Positions 26,832 through 41,103 of a stretch of 64,000 bases of DNA are shown in pieces (positions within the stretch are counted from its first letter, which is position 1; every line of letters begins with the position of its first letter). Source of the DNA: Octopus bimaculoides (Eukaryota); the NCBI RefSeq assembly GCF_001194135.2, contig NC_068988.1:46350537-46414536 (forward strand). The letters are read 5' to 3'. A program made the position numbers and the translations under genes. Under the pieces are notes generated by a model that made no database searches, was not told the DNA's origin, and saw nothing but the letters and a program-made list of their open reading frames with translations.

Positions 26832-27594
26832 CCTTTCTTCTATAGGCACAAGGCCTGAAATTTGGCGGGTGGAGGGGGGACCAGTCAATTAGATCGACTC
26901 CTAGTACACAACTGGTACATGATTTATCAACTCCCAAAAGGATGAAATGCAAAGTGGATCTCAGTGGAATTTGAATTCAGAGTGTAAGGGTGATTTAAAT
27001 GCTGCTAAGCAATTCTCCTGCCATGCTAATAATTCTAGCAAGGATGAAAGGCAAAGTTGGCCTTGGTGGATTTTGAGCTCAGAACACGAGGACAGATGAA
27101 ATGCTGCTAAGGTTTTTGCCCATTGTATGAATGATCTTACTAGGGAGAGCAATGCCTGTCATCGCCACAGAAGGAAGAAGCAGGTTAAGGAAGAGGTCAA
27201 TACCTTCGAGAGAGCACGTATTCTGCATGAAGAACTTAAATGTGCTGCTCGAAAGTGCATTGCTGGTGTAGTGAATGGGGAAAGTTTGGTTTGCAGTCAT
27301 GTATGCTTGTCAACCAACAGAGCCGCAAATGCAAAATATAAGTTAATCCTAGAGCACACAATGTTCCTGAAAGTCACAATGGTTTTCCTCGTTCACGAGT
27401 GGATGGCCCTCATCATGTATGTATGTATGGATGGATGGATGTATGGATGGATGGATGTATGGATGGATGTAATTGTCTATCTATCTATATCTCTTTATCT
27501 ATTGATACATATATATATGATCAAATGTAATGACAAGGAAGTTGGGCGAGTCGATTTACACAGAATATTAAATACATTTAATAGAAAAAAATGT

Positions 27595-27845
27595 ACATCA
27601 TCATCATCATCATCATCATCGTTTAACGTCCGCTTTCCATGCTAGCATGGGTTGGACGATTTGACTGAGGACTGGTGAAACCGGATGGCAACACCAGGCT
27701 CCAATCTAATTTGGCAGAGTTTCTACAGCTGGATGCCCTTCCTAACGCCAACCACTCAGAGAGTGTGGTGGGTGCTTTTACGTGTCACCCGCACGAAAAC
27801 GGCCACGCTCGAAATGGTGTCTTTTATGTGCCACCCGCACGGATA
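27595..27845 (-). mobile_element. SINE-like repeat, family C
   Basis: (cat)n followed by gtttaacgtccgctttccatgctagcatgggttggacg...ggatgcccttcctaacgccaacc. Confidence 0.85.
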
Positions 27846-28223
27846 TAAAATAGTTGAACTTACAGACAATAAATAATATTAGGAGTTAAATGGGTAGAGT
27901 TTTAGGAGTCCAGCAGCTGTGTCTAGGGGCTTGATGGTTAGGAATAATGATAGTTACTTGAATCAGTTATTGGATAATACCACCTCCATCTTCAGGGGAT
28001 AATTTTACATTGGAGACTTTTACATCTGAGTTGTTGACAGGCTGGAGATTAAAGATGGAATATATCCGTACACATGTACATTTTTCCAATTAAATGTATT
28101 TAATATTTTGTGTAAATCAACTTGCTTAACTTACTTGTCATTTACTCATCTACCAGCTCAAGTTCAAATCTCTTGAGCACTTCAAAGTGTATTCTATATA
28201 GAAAACAGCTGCCTCTAACCTAC

Positions 28224-28260
<37 letters not shown>

Positions 28261-28288
28261 CAGAGAGATAGAGAGAGAGAGAGAGAGA

Positions 28289-28485
28289 CTGGCCCTCGTG
28301 CTGGTGGCACATAAAAGCACCCACTACACTCTCAGAGTGGTTGGCTTTAGGAAGGGCATGCAGCTGTAGAAACTCTGCCAGATCAGATTGGAGCCTGGTG
28401 CAGCCTTCTGGCTTGCCCTCAATCAAATCATCCAACACATGGCAGCATGGAAAGTGGACGTTAAACGATGATGATGAGGATGATG
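28289..28485 (+). mobile_element. SINE-like repeat, family C
   Basis: ctggccctcgtgctggtggcac...ggttggctttaggaagggcatgcagctgtagaaac...ggacgttaaacgatgatgat. Confidence 0.85.
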
Positions 28486-28669
28486 ATATATATATATATA
28501 TATATATAAAACAAATAATAAATAATAAATGAGTATATGCATATATACGTACAGGTATGTGCATACCTACGTCTACCTGTATATATAGGTGCATATCTGG
28601 GTACAGGACATTGCAAACAAAAAATAGACATATATATATATACATATACATATATATATAATAAAAATA

Positions 28670-28901
28670 AATGTGCCTTTTAAAGCCTAGCCAGGCTCAT
28701 GGGCCCATTTTACCGGTTTCAATGGCGTATGTCTTCTCCAGCTGGACAGGATATTATTCATTTTTGCCAGCTGAGTGGACTGGAGCAACGTGAAATGAAG
28801 TGTTTTGCTCAAGAACACAACATGTCGCTCGTCCAGGAATCGAAACCACAATCTTACGATTATGATGCTGACACCCTAATCACTAGGCCACACGCCTCCA
28901 C
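28670..28901 (-). mobile_element. tRNA-derived SINE, family D
   Basis: Minus strand: ggaggcgtgtggcctagtgattagggtg (A-box), ggtttcgattcc (B-box), gtgttcttgagcaaaacac...tgctccagtccactcagctg. A related copy lies at 59700-60028. Confidence 0.75.
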
Positions 28902-29106
28902 CATATATATATATATTATATAAATGTATATAAGTATGTATGCTCAAAGCGACACACACACACATACACACGCACACCCATACACACAAATAGAACTCAG
29001 CCTAGAGTTATTGCAAAAATCACTTGCCCAGTGCAGTGGAACTGAATCCACTATGAAGTGGTGATGAAGAGAATTTCTTAAACAAAGAGCCATTATTATC
29101 CTCATA

Positions 29107-29139
<33 letters not shown>

Positions 29140-29802
29140 NNNNNNNNNNNNNNNNNNNNNNNNNNNNNNNNNNNNNNNNNNNNNNNNNNNNNNNNNNNNN
29201 NNNNNNNNNNNNNNNNNNNNNNNNNNNNNNNNNNNNNNNNNNNNNNNNNNNNNNNNNNNNNNNNNNNNNNNNNNNNNNNNNNNNNNNNNNNNNNNNNNNN
29301 NNNNNNNNNNNNNNNNNNNNNNNNNNNNNNNNNNNNNNNNNNNNNNNNNNNNNNNNNNNNNNNNNNNNNNNNNNNNNNNNNNNNNNNNNNNNNNNNNNNN
29401 NNNNNNNNNNNNNNNNNNNNNNNNNNNNNNNNNNNNNNNNNNNNNNNNNNNNNNNNNNNNNNNNNNNNNNNNNNNNNNNNNNNNNNNNNNNNNNNNNNNN
29501 NNNNNNNNNNNNNNNNNNNNNNNNNNNNNNNNNNNNNNNNNNNNNNNNNNNNNNNNNNNNNNNNNNNNNNNNNNNNNNNNNNNNNNNNNNNNNNNNNNNN
29601 NNNNNNNNNNNNNNNNNNNNNNNNNNNNNNNNNNNNNNNNNNNNNNNNNNNNNNNNNNNNNNNNNNNNNNNNNNNNNNNNNNNNNNNNNNNNNNNNNNNN
29701 NNNNNNNNNNNNNNNNNNNNNNNNNNNNNNNNNNNNNNNNNNNNNNNNNNNNNNNNNNNNNNNNNNNNNNNNNNNNNNNNNNNNNNNNNNNNNNNNNNNN
29801 NN

Positions 29803-29845
<43 letters not shown>

Positions 29846-29954
29846 CATACATACATACATACACAAACACACATTAATATAGATGCATGTGTATATATGT
29901 TGATATATACATATATGTATTATATATATGTGTGTATATATATATATACATATA

Positions 29955-30440
29955 TATATAAACAAAACAAAAAAATGAAACAAGAAGGTAACAAGCAACA
30001 ACAAAACATTCGGACAGTTAGATGATACAAAATACAAAAAAGGACAGGATAAAACAAGGATGGGTCATTCAGAGATTTCAATCTTCAGTTGACTACAAGA
30101 TCTTCTTTGCAGTTTCAGCCAGTTACTCTCAAGACTACTCTTAGAAAACCTAAGCTCCAAGAAAATCTAAGCTATTGGCTCTAGATTCTTTGGAAGAAAG
30201 TGAATGAATGTATACGAAAAGAAAGATGCAGACGGAGAAATGCTACACAATTACCAAACAAACAACAGGTGTCTTTCGACTAAAGACAAAGTAAATTAAG
30301 ATGATGTGTGTGGAAGTGAAGCCTTACAGCAGGAACATAGAAGATAAAAGTCATGGGAAAGAATATAAGAGATGCTATATGGATGGTAGTTGAAACAAGA
30401 AAGGTCAGACTTGGCTGAACACCGGTCACATGGAAGGAGA
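29955..30440. repeat. Unclassified interspersed repeat
   Basis: Non-microsatellite block between microsatellites that resembles a recalled dispersed octopod repeat. No coding remnant resolved. Confidence 0.3.
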
Positions 30441-30656
30441 GGAGAAAGGTGGGGGTAGAGAGATTGAAGAATTAAAGAGGCATGAGAAAGAGAGAAAAAA
30501 GGAAAGAGACAGAGGTGAAGTAAAGGAAGAGGGAAAGTGATGCGAACGAAAGGAAAGCCAAGAAATGTGAGAGAGGGTGGGAGCGGGAAAAAGAAAATTG
30601 GATGGAACGAAGAGAGTGTGAGGAGGCTAAAGGAAAGAGTAAAAGTATCATACAGA

Positions 30657-30704
<48 letters not shown>

Positions 30705-30845
30705 GAAATATTTTATTTACATACATATATATATATGTATATATGTAAATTAAATATTTCACAGACTGTTTCTTAGAATTTCTGTCCTATTATAAGGCAC
30801 ATGTGTAGATACACTCATGCACACAGTTACACAACTATATTCTTT

Positions 30846-31052
30846 TCTACTCTAGGCACAAGGCCCGAAATTTTGGGGGAGGACGCCAGTCAGTTAGATT
30901 GACCCCAGTACGCAACTGGTACTTAATTTATCGACCTCGAAAGGATGAGCAGCAAAGTTGACCTTGGCAGAATTTGAACTCAGAACATAAAGACACACAG
31001 AATACAGCTAAGCATTTCACCCAGCGTGCTAACGCTTCTGCCAGCTCACCGC
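30846..31052 (-). mobile_element. tRNA-derived SINE, family A
   Basis: Reverse complement of the family A head and body (ggcagaatttgaactcagaac..., gcttctgccagctcaccgc). Confidence 0.85.
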
Positions 31053-31415
31053 TTTTATGAATATAATATCCAGATCTATATTGAAGCTGAAATGACTTCA
31101 TAAGCCTGCACAGAATTTCAGAAAACTGATCATCAGACAATCATGAGTACCTAGAACAAAACTTTGGCTTATAAGTATTTGCAAATGGTGTAGTAATTAT
31201 TATATCACTATTCATCAAATAAGCATTTAAAACTGATTGGACAGGACATTATTAATATTGAAAATGACAGGAATCTTGCATCAGTGCCAAATACATGTTG
31301 TCAGTTGTACTATTTGTATCTTTTAACCTGACTTTCATCTCCCCTTTTCATTTTTGCTTGTCTTTTTCTTGTTTCTTGTTTGTCCTTCTCCCTTTGTCCT
31401 TTCTTTCTCTTTCTT

Positions 31416-31466
<51 letters not shown>

Positions 31467-31487
31467 TTCTCTCTCTNNNNNNNNNNT

Positions 31488-31558
<71 letters not shown>

Positions 31559-32226
31559 TCTGTACTTCCTCTTTCTTTCTAGCATCTACTCGTTTCCTAT
31601 CTGGTTTTTTATATGATTCCAACTCCTCTTCCTTTGCTGTAAGCTTATTTATTTAATTTTAGTTATGCACTTTTTCAACATTTTTGTTGTTGTTTGTGAT
31701 ACTTATCCATCCTCTGGGACACTGGAAACTCAACAATGTTGTCCTTTATGACTTTTTCAAACCTAAAACCATTTGCTAGTGTCACAATATTGCTCCAAAT
31801 TTGATGTAGAAGAATTACTATACGATTCCATTTAGTTGAAGGGTTATCAGATTCATCAACACTTCACTCCTTCTAGCTCCAGCTTAAGCTATAAACATCC
31901 CACTTTCAATTCACACACAGGCACAAACATATTCCTTTGTGTTGACATACAATATATATAGATACAGGCATTACTAACATAGTAATGCTATTACTGTGTT
32001 TTACAGTTTGTTATTTAAAAGCTGATGGGCATTTAAATAGTGGTAGTGTTGGTGTTGGTTATATATGTTTTGGTGATGGTCACCCCTCATTGATTTAGTT
32101 AACAAATATTTCATTCCACTTTTAAAATACACTAGCATATCACATCCCAGGCCATTTTCTTTTATTTTAGTTAGATTGCTTACCTTGTTCATACAATCGT
32201 TGCAGTCATTGTTGTCATCATATATA

Positions 32227-32280
<54 letters not shown>

Positions 32281-32307
32281 TACATATATATATATACTCA
32301 TACACAT

Positions 32308-32351
<44 letters not shown>

Positions 32352-32706
32352 GAGAGAGCAACCTTTTGATCTAAGAGGATACATACAAACACTCACACAA
32401 ATAAACATTCCTTGTGGAAAAATTCTATCCATAGTCCATAAGTGGTTTTCATGACGCATCCAAAAACGCTTGTTTACACTCACATAGACACACAGCACAG
32501 ACAGACTCACAGATATTTATATATGTGCAAGTGCAAATGGTAATTATAGTTTTTCAAGTTGCTAACTATAATGTGATCTTAACTGAAATGCCAAGAAACA
32601 GTCTTTTAAGTAAGAAGAAAATACAGCTTTGAAATTGTTATAATATATTTGATTTTCTGTCAGTAAGAACTCCATAACCAGAGGTAATAGCGATATGGAT
32701 GAGGTC

Positions 32707-32737
<31 letters not shown>

Positions 32738-32748
32738 ATACACACATG

Positions 32749-32808
<60 letters not shown>

Positions 32809-33314
32809 TATATATGTTTGTTTGTGTGTCTGTGTGTATGTACACACAAGCATTTATACATGCATGATTTTATGTGTGCTTACATATACATACATATATA
32901 CACATGCATATATACATACATAAATACATATATACATACATATATACATACATATATAAATATATATATATATATAGATATATATATATGTGTGTGTCTG
33001 AGTGTGTGTATGAACATACACATCTTAGTACTTTTCTCATTAATTCTGATGAAGCATAGCATTTTTTACACTCATTAGAAAATATAACTGCTATCAATGT
33101 AACTTTTTTTAATTAGCTCATATATTCTTGGCTTCATTTGATCACTCTGTAAAGCTTTAGTGGAAGCTAATGGCCTGGACTGGTGTATGTGTGTGTGCAT
33201 GTGTGTGTGTGTGTGCATGTGTATGTGTGTGTGTGTCTGTTTCCGTGTATGAGCGATTATATATAGTTGTTTTGTGTCTATAATATAAGTCATCTATGAT
33301 CTTTATCTGTTCAA

Positions 33315-33351
<37 letters not shown>

Positions 33352-33589
33352 NNNNNNNNNNNNNNNNNNNNNNNNNNNNNNNNNNNNNNNNNNNNNNNNN
33401 NNNNNNNNNNNNNNNNNNNNNNNNNNNNNNNNNNNNNNNTGTTCTGGTGTTTGCTGAATTTTCTTGAGAACAATCTTTTCTTAGTGGTCTGACCGTAGGT
33501 GGTCTTCTTCTAGCAAAAGGGATGTCCACTTAGTAGTTATCCCTCTTATATGTATGTAATTTAAATAATATATATATATTAAACAAAAT

Positions 33590-34200
33590 GCAGCTCTAAC
33601 ACAGTCATGTTGACGATGAACTCCATCATCATTATTAACAATAGGAGAGATGGTAAGTTTGGTTGTGTAGTATTTGGATGGTTAAGAAAAAGAATGTTTG
33701 GTAGTGACAGAGGCAATGGTTTTTGTGAACGTGGTGAAAGATGTAATATTAATGGTGTTAGTAATGATGATATTAGTGGTTGTGGTGATGTTGGTGTTTG
33801 CGATGGTTGCAGTGGTTGTAGTTGTGATGGCAATGGTTCTATTTGAAGTGGTGACAGTAGTTATTATAGTGGTTATTGGTGGTGGTGGGGGTAGGGATTT
33901 TGGTAGTGGCTGTGTTTCAAGTTGGTATAGAGATTATACTAGTGGTACCACTGTTGATGGTAGTGAAAATATTAAAAGTTTGAAATGATGAAACTGGTGA
34001 TGAAGACGATGGTTATATTACAGATAGATTTAGGAATGATGGTTGTGATTGTGGTAATAATGGTATCTATAACTGTAACAGCAATGGTATATGTACAGGC
34101 GTAGTATCCTGGACATAGCAATGATTTTAATACTGACATTGTGGCTAGTAGATCTCATTATCACCATTACCGTCATCGTCATCGCCACCACCACCACCAC
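33590..34200. repeat. Degenerate (GGT/GAT/GTT)n trinucleotide tract
   Basis: Low-complexity tract with period 3. Similar tracts at 34690-34910, 35090-35300, 40550-41130 and 48650-48880. Confidence 0.8.
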
Positions 34201-34429
34201 CACCACAGCAAAGTCGACCTCAGCAGAATTTGAACTCAGAATGTAAAGACAGACAAAATACTGCTAAGCATTTTGCCCAGTGTGCTTACATTTCTGCCAG
34301 CTGCCAGATCAGATTGGCAGACTGGTGCAACCTTCTGGCTCACCAGCCCTCAGTCAAACCGTCCAACCCATGTCAGCATGGAAAGCGGATGTTAAACGAT
34401 GATGATGATGATGTGTGTGTATGTGTCTC

Positions 34430-34650
34430 TTTATGTCTGTGTCTATCCCCTGCCATTCCTTGACAACCGATGTTGTGTTTACGTCCCTGTAACTTAGCAG
34501 CCCAGCAAAAGAGAACAATAGAATAAGTACTAGGCTTACAAAGAATAAATAAGTCCTGGGATCAATTTATTTAATTAAAAACCCTTTAAGGTGGTGCTCC
34601 AGCATGGTCGCAGTCAAATGACTGAAACAAGCAAAGGAATAAAAGAATTA
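34430..34650 (+). mobile_element. SINE family B, 3' half
   Basis: ttgacaaccgatgttg...cctgtaacttagcag...gaataagtactaggcttacaaag...ggtgctccagcatggtcgcagtcaaatgactgaaacaag. Same as 61090-61280 and 62240-62445. Confidence 0.85.
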
Positions 34651-35889
34651 AAGCATAGCAGTGTGCAGATTTCACAAAAATGATGTAATAGAATTGGTGG
34701 TAGTTGGTGATACCTGTGTGGTACAGTCTGTGGTACAGTCTGTGGTACAGTCTGTAGTGCATTAAGACTGATGATAGTGGTGTGGTAGATATGGTTATAA
34801 TGGCATGGAAGAATTGGTGATTATGATGATGTGGTACTGGTGATACCTTCTGATGGTACCTTAAGGTGATATGTGGATGGTGTGGTGGGAATGGAAGTGG
34901 CAGTGTTCAACTTGATGCTAGAATATAAAACAATGTCAGTGTGGCAGCTGTAACAACATTTGCAATAAAAACTTTAACAAGAATATCAATGATTGCAACA
35001 AAAGTTACAGATGCAGTATTAACTGCAAATGTTGCAAGTAGCAAAACATCGACTAGAGACAAAAGCAGTGAGAGTGTAAGAATAACTGAAGGAGGAGGAG
35101 GAGGAGGAAGTGGAGGAGGAGAAGGAGGAGGAGAAGGAGGAGGAGAATGAGAAAGAGTCTGAGGAAAAGGAGGAGGAAAAAGAAGCAAAGGGGAAAGAGG
35201 GGAATGAGAAGAATATGGAGGATAAGGAGAAAGAAGAACAACGACAACTTCAACAACAAATCCAAATGCTGCCACCTTCAGAATCGCCACCACCGCTACC
35301 ATAGCAGGTGTAGAAACAGTAATACAGGAACCATCTCGTTTACTGATAAGTAAGTTTGTATTAACCACCTTAGCTAAAGGCAATGTTGAATCAGAACTCT
35401 ACTGAAGTATTTCTTCTTTATTTCTTCTTACATAATCATAAACGATGATTTTTTTCCTGAGCCAATGGAGATAAATATTTGGTGCATTTTTTGTTTCTCT
35501 TAGTTGCTGGCTTTTGAGGAAGAAGCAACGCCCATGGCCTGTGTAGAACCTTTGAGACTGATGGGATTGATGTCATTAATATTTTGCACTTAAACTGTTG
35601 TTAGTCAACATCTTCAGGCAAAACTGAGCTGGTAGGAAGTTTGAGAGCATCAATATTCTTGGAAAAAGAATGACCTACGTAGAGCCTGGTAGGTTGGATG
35701 AAAGATGGATAATGTGATAGAAAGAGAGAAACAAGTTGGGAGTATCTGAGTGAAGAATATAATACATGACCAACTGGCATGGAGAGGCAGTGATCATCAG
35801 AGAAATGGTAGAAAAAGCTGACATGAAACAGTACCTTCCTGTAGCAAGAGGCCTGAGTTATTGTTTGACTTATTAAACCCAGCAGTGAA

Positions 35890-36450
35890 GCCTAGTCACC
35901 TCTCTGTACATGGCCTCTTTTGTGACTATTCACTTTTGCTCTGCTGAAGCAGACTCTTCCACGTTCATTACATGTCAGCTCACTCTGGTCATCTACATTC
36001 TCAAATGCATAATGACCACAATCTTTCTAGTATCCCCCCTTAACTTTTCCGTAATTTCTTCAAGCTATTTTGAAATTTTCACTTCTGCCATAAATTGCTT
36101 TCCGCCATCTTGCCTGGTCATTTGCTATTTCTTCCCTGTCATTTTCCAAGATGTCAGCTCTCTTCAAGGACACTTAAATGCTTAGGTTTATGAGATGGAT
36201 GTTTTCCATTTCTCAGTTCACCATACAGGAGTTGTTTTGGAATCCTGTAGGTCCTCCATTTTTTTCTTAGTGACCCACTCACTGGCATCAGGGCTGCTAA
36301 ATGATTGACTCAATACTTCAACAGTGACTTCTAGCAAGGATCTCAACATCACTCATATACACTTTCCAATGCAAGCCCAAGATATGACATAGGCACTGCT
36401 GGTGGGAATGCTCTAGTTGATTCCAGTGCTTCCAGTAGCTTACCATCTCA
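35890..36450 (-). mobile_element. RTE-clade LINE, ORF2 3' end (degraded)
   Basis: Minus-strand QLEHSHQQCLCHILGLHWKVYMSDVEILARS..SIESII...VGH and RIPKQLLYGELRNGKHPSHKPK, both diagnostic of the RTE C-terminus. Confidence 0.85.
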
Positions 36451-37699
36451 GAAGCATACATACATACATGCATACATACATACCTACATACATACATACA
36501 CACATACATAAATACATACAAACATACATACATAGTAATGAGGCTTTGTTTCATTGTTAGAACTCATTTCCTTCTATATAAATCACTAAGTTGAAATATA
36601 TGTTGATGACATGCACACACACATGCCTCTCCATCAATACATAATCACACACAGCTTTAATTGTAGTTATATCAGTATATACACTTATAAGAGCAGTCGC
36701 ATAAGCATACATAGAAATGAAGGTAGCCAAATACGCCCAAATCACATATATATATACACACACACATACACCCCCATTTTCACATTAAAGAATAAAGAAC
36801 ATCTTTAATACATGCACAACACACATGTTTGCACACACATGTATAATACAGACGTACACACATGTGCAAATACAGACAGTCTTGTTGCATGTGTTTATTC
36901 ATACAGGTGAACTTGCATCAGTGCACATCTTTCTACTGTAACACTTTAAGGTGACAATATTTGATATCCTCATGCTCTGGCATGCACATCAGATTAATTT
37001 GCATAAACCTGTGCATGCACATTGCTGACACCTATATAACTGCTAAGGTTCTTTAGAAACTTGGCATGTTTTTATTGTTGCTGTTGTTACTGTTCTTGTT
37101 TTTGCTATTACTGTTGTTTATTGTTGGCTGATTTGATAGTTTTAGAAGTTGTTGAGGTTGCAATAGCTACATCAATTGCAAAAGACGCAATCCTACTTAT
37201 AATAAAGTTAATTAAGTTAAAGTTAACATAGTTAATGTAGCTAACTAGAAATGATTATAATATAATTAATTAAATCTTTGCAAACTTTTGCTTAATTGTT
37301 ACTATTATTGTTGTTGTTGTTTTTGATGTTGTTTAGCTCTGAGCAAGCCAATGATCAAAGGCGTCCTATCCATTATCATCCAGTCCTTTTTCAAGAGTAT
37401 CTACAACCATAGACCATATCCAATATGTCCTTTTCTTTCCCAAGAGAGCTGGGTGTAATTTAAATGTGATTTGATAGCCATTTCTAGTAAGTCATGTGAT
37501 CACATAAAAGGATTACTTGTGTTCTCATTGCTGCTGATGTGACCACAGTCAGCCCTGATCTATGTGTAGCAAAATGATTGTTAAGCTAAATATGGTCCTC
37601 CCATAATTATATATAGCATATGTCTTATTGTATTGGTGGAGCATTGTGAAATTCATGCATCTCATAAGTGGATGACAATCAAGCCTGATAGAGTTTTAT

Positions 37700-38543
37700 G
37701 TAAAGGGAAACTACTAACCATGCTATAAACTGAGAATAGTGGCAAGAGTAGACTGGCCAGTGTTAAGCATTGCATATCTCTTAGAAAATGGTGTCCATCT
37801 GAAAGAACTGGAAAATGCCAAAAAGAAGTTCAATAAAGTCATATTTTTACTGAAACATATCTATGGTCATTTATTTTATGGGGATTTTATTGTAGGAGAG
37901 GAAAATATTAAATTGGAATCACTTTTATCTATTCATTTCACATGTGACAACAGGTATTTGGCATACACTCACAGGTCAGCAATGCACAGGAACTGGGAGA
38001 GTGCATGCTGGATGGTTTCATCACCCTGCATGCATCTCGGTCATGCTTGACTGATGGCACATCTGTAAGTTTTTACTCCACTCTAAACGCTTTGCAACGT
38101 TTGTTTTTGAAAGTAGTGGTTTTCTTCCTGCAGCTCTCCCATGAAATCTGGCTTTGTGCAGCTCCCGGCAAACAGTTTTGTGGAAACTGGGTTCTCAAAG
38201 TAATCATTAATCTCTGCAGTAATTTTGGAAGCTGTACGTTAGTGATCCTTTCTAACAATTCACACAAGATTCCAATGGTCCCTCTCTGAAAGTTTTGGTT
38301 TTTTTCTGGAGATTTGTTTTGACAAGGTGGTTTTTTTCCCTCTTTCTCAAAGGCTGTCATTACTTTCAAGACAGTACTTCTTGATACACCAAACATTTTG
38401 ACTGTTTTCATTATGCTAGTGCTTGCCATATGAGCACCAACAATTTGACCGCCTTGAAAGTCCGATAGATCTGTCATTTTAATGAATTTTAAAATTATGA
38501 TGCTAAGATGCTAGATGTTTCCATTATTTTGTCCAATCACTAT
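37700..38543 (-). mobile_element. Tc1-like transposon relic (N-terminal HTH plus decayed DDE)
   Basis: ORF 38073-38477 MTDLSDFQGGQIVGAHMASTSIMKTVKMFGVSRSTVLKVMTAFEKEGK is a Tc1 paired-like HTH. Downstream VPSVKH (cf. PTVKHGGG). Terminus (rc) ta-tagtgattggacaaaataatgg. The other end was not found. Confidence 0.8.
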
Positions 38544-38584
38544 ATATATATATATACACACACACACACATATTTAGAATCATA

Positions 38585-38618
<34 letters not shown>

Positions 38619-38911
38619 TGCATATGTGTGAGTCTGTATGTGTGTTTGTGTATTACTATTACTGTGCAAAATAAAGGATTGAATTGCATTTCAGTATATT
38701 ATTTAAACATACAGGAAACAGATAAAACAGGTAGAAGACAAAAATATGTACTATAGTAAATAGAATTCTTTACGAAATATTCATGGTGGGTTTCCAACTT
38801 GTCCACAATGCAAAAACTGAACTACAATATAAATAAATAAATATATACATAAATAAAATAATAGTATATTTTGAGAGGAAACAGGGTTAAATTTTGTATA
38901 GAGTGTTGTTG

Positions 38912-38943
<32 letters not shown>

Positions 38944-39034
38944 GGTGGTGGTGATAGAATAGCGCTTAGGCAACAATCAACACATTTGTAACAGTTGTCC
39001 AGATTTTACTGATTTTAGATTAATGAATGACAAA

Positions 39035-39141
39035 GTTGGTTTCACCACAAATTGAACCTGGAGAGTGAGAAAGACAACACTAGAAAGTGTCCATCACTTA
39101 ACTTTTAGTTTTATCCAGGTTCAATTTGTGGTGAAACCAAC
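39035..39141. repeat. Perfect 28-bp inverted repeat with a 51-nt spacer
   Basis: gttggtttcaccacaaattgaacctgga (39035-39062) and tccaggttcaatttgtggtgaaaccaac (39114-39141) are exact reverse complements. Confidence 0.95.
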
Positions 39142-39673
39142 GTTCAAACAATAATGTTAAAATCAACAAATCTGTAACAACAATAGCTATAAGAAAAACA
39201 ATGATATATGATACCAGACACTAAACAGTAATGAAGTTTTAGTATGAAGAAAAATTTTATGTCTTCGAGACACCTCAAAAAGCAGAAAAAAAAAAAAAAA
39301 ACGAACAAGAAATAGAAGATAGAAAGGTAAAAATATCTTTAACAAAACACAGATATGAGATTAAATAATAAAACTAAAACACAAGTTTTATATAACCTAA
39401 ATGATGGTGCTATAGGGTAGCAGTAAACGATTTCATTTCAGAAAACAATTTGAAATATTCTGGACCTTTCTCTAGCAGTGAATTCTTTGTGTATATAAAT
39501 GTGTCTGTGTGGAGTTCTTGTTAAACCTTGCCAAAATATTTGCCTCAGTGAGCTAATTTCTGTCATAATAGAATAAACGGTGGAAGAACAGGGTGACGGG
39601 TGGTTATCACTTTCAGAAAAACATCAGCTGATTGTTTTGCCAAAAANNNNNNNNNNNNNNNNNNNNNNNNNNN

Positions 39674-39746
<73 letters not shown>

Positions 39747-40216
39747 TGCGTGTGTGTATGTATGTGCATGTGCATGCACAGACATATATGGATACACAGA
39801 TGAATGTATTGATAGCTAGATATACATTTATAAATATAGATTGATAGATAAATACACACACACATATACTTGAATATAAATGTCTATATCTGTGTGTGTA
39901 TATATATATATATATATATACACATAAAAATAGATGTCTCTCCATATATACACATATATATATGTGCATATATATATGTGTGCATACATATATGTATACA
40001 CACACACACAAACAAACACACATGTACACATGGACGCACACACAGATAGATAGATAGATACATAGATACATAGATGGATAGATCGGTAATGCCTAATTGA
40101 ATTATATTGCATAACACTGCTTCCCTTTAAAGGGTGTATATGAGTGCATGTATAAACACATGTATACATTTATACAAATTAACATATATGTATACACACA
40201 CATACACATACATAAA

Positions 40217-40280
<64 letters not shown>

Positions 40281-40737
40281 TACACATATATATGCAAATA
40301 CCTCTCCATACACACAGAGGTTGCTATTACTTTATCAGTTTGTAACTCAGTCTTTTTTTTTCGTACCAGTCTTCAGTAGGAAAATGGTTATTCACAGATA
40401 CTTTTTTTCCCCACATATTTGTCTACTTCTCAGTTTGTATTTCTACAACTATTGCAATAAGAATTATGTTTTTGTTTTATAATTCTCACTTTTTGGATGT
40501 ATATTTTATTTTTCTTTCATTATATTTTTCCTTTATTTTCTTTTCATTCTGCATTCTTCTTCTTCTTCTTCTTCTTCTTCTTCTTCTTCTTCTTCTTCTT
40601 CTTCTTCTTCTTCCATCTGAAATTTCTTCTAATAAAGGTTTTACTTTTATTATTATTATCCTAATTATGTTTTTTATTATTATTAAAAATCATCACCGTT
40701 GTTACTGTTGTTGTTGTTGTCATTATCATTATTATTG

Positions 40738-40804
<67 letters not shown>

Positions 40805-41030
40805 CATAATCACCATCACTCTCATTATTATTGCTATTGTTTTTTATTGTTATTATTATTACTATTATCGTTGTTGTTGTTCTTGTTATCACTATTACTA
40901 CTTTTACTGTTATTTTAATGGGTTTTATTATTTTTTATTATTATCATTTTCATTATTATTATTATGGTTGCTGTTATTATTGTTGCTATTGTTATTATTA
41001 TTGTTATTATCATGATCATGATTGTCGTCG

Positions 41031-41103
<73 letters not shown>

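Noticed and set aside
27127-27415. 172-aa ORF with a GC-richer first half (QVKEEVNTFERARILHEELKCAARKCI)
   Set aside because: No recognisable domain; the second half is microsatellite. It is possibly a LINE ORF2 tether fragment but cannot be supported.
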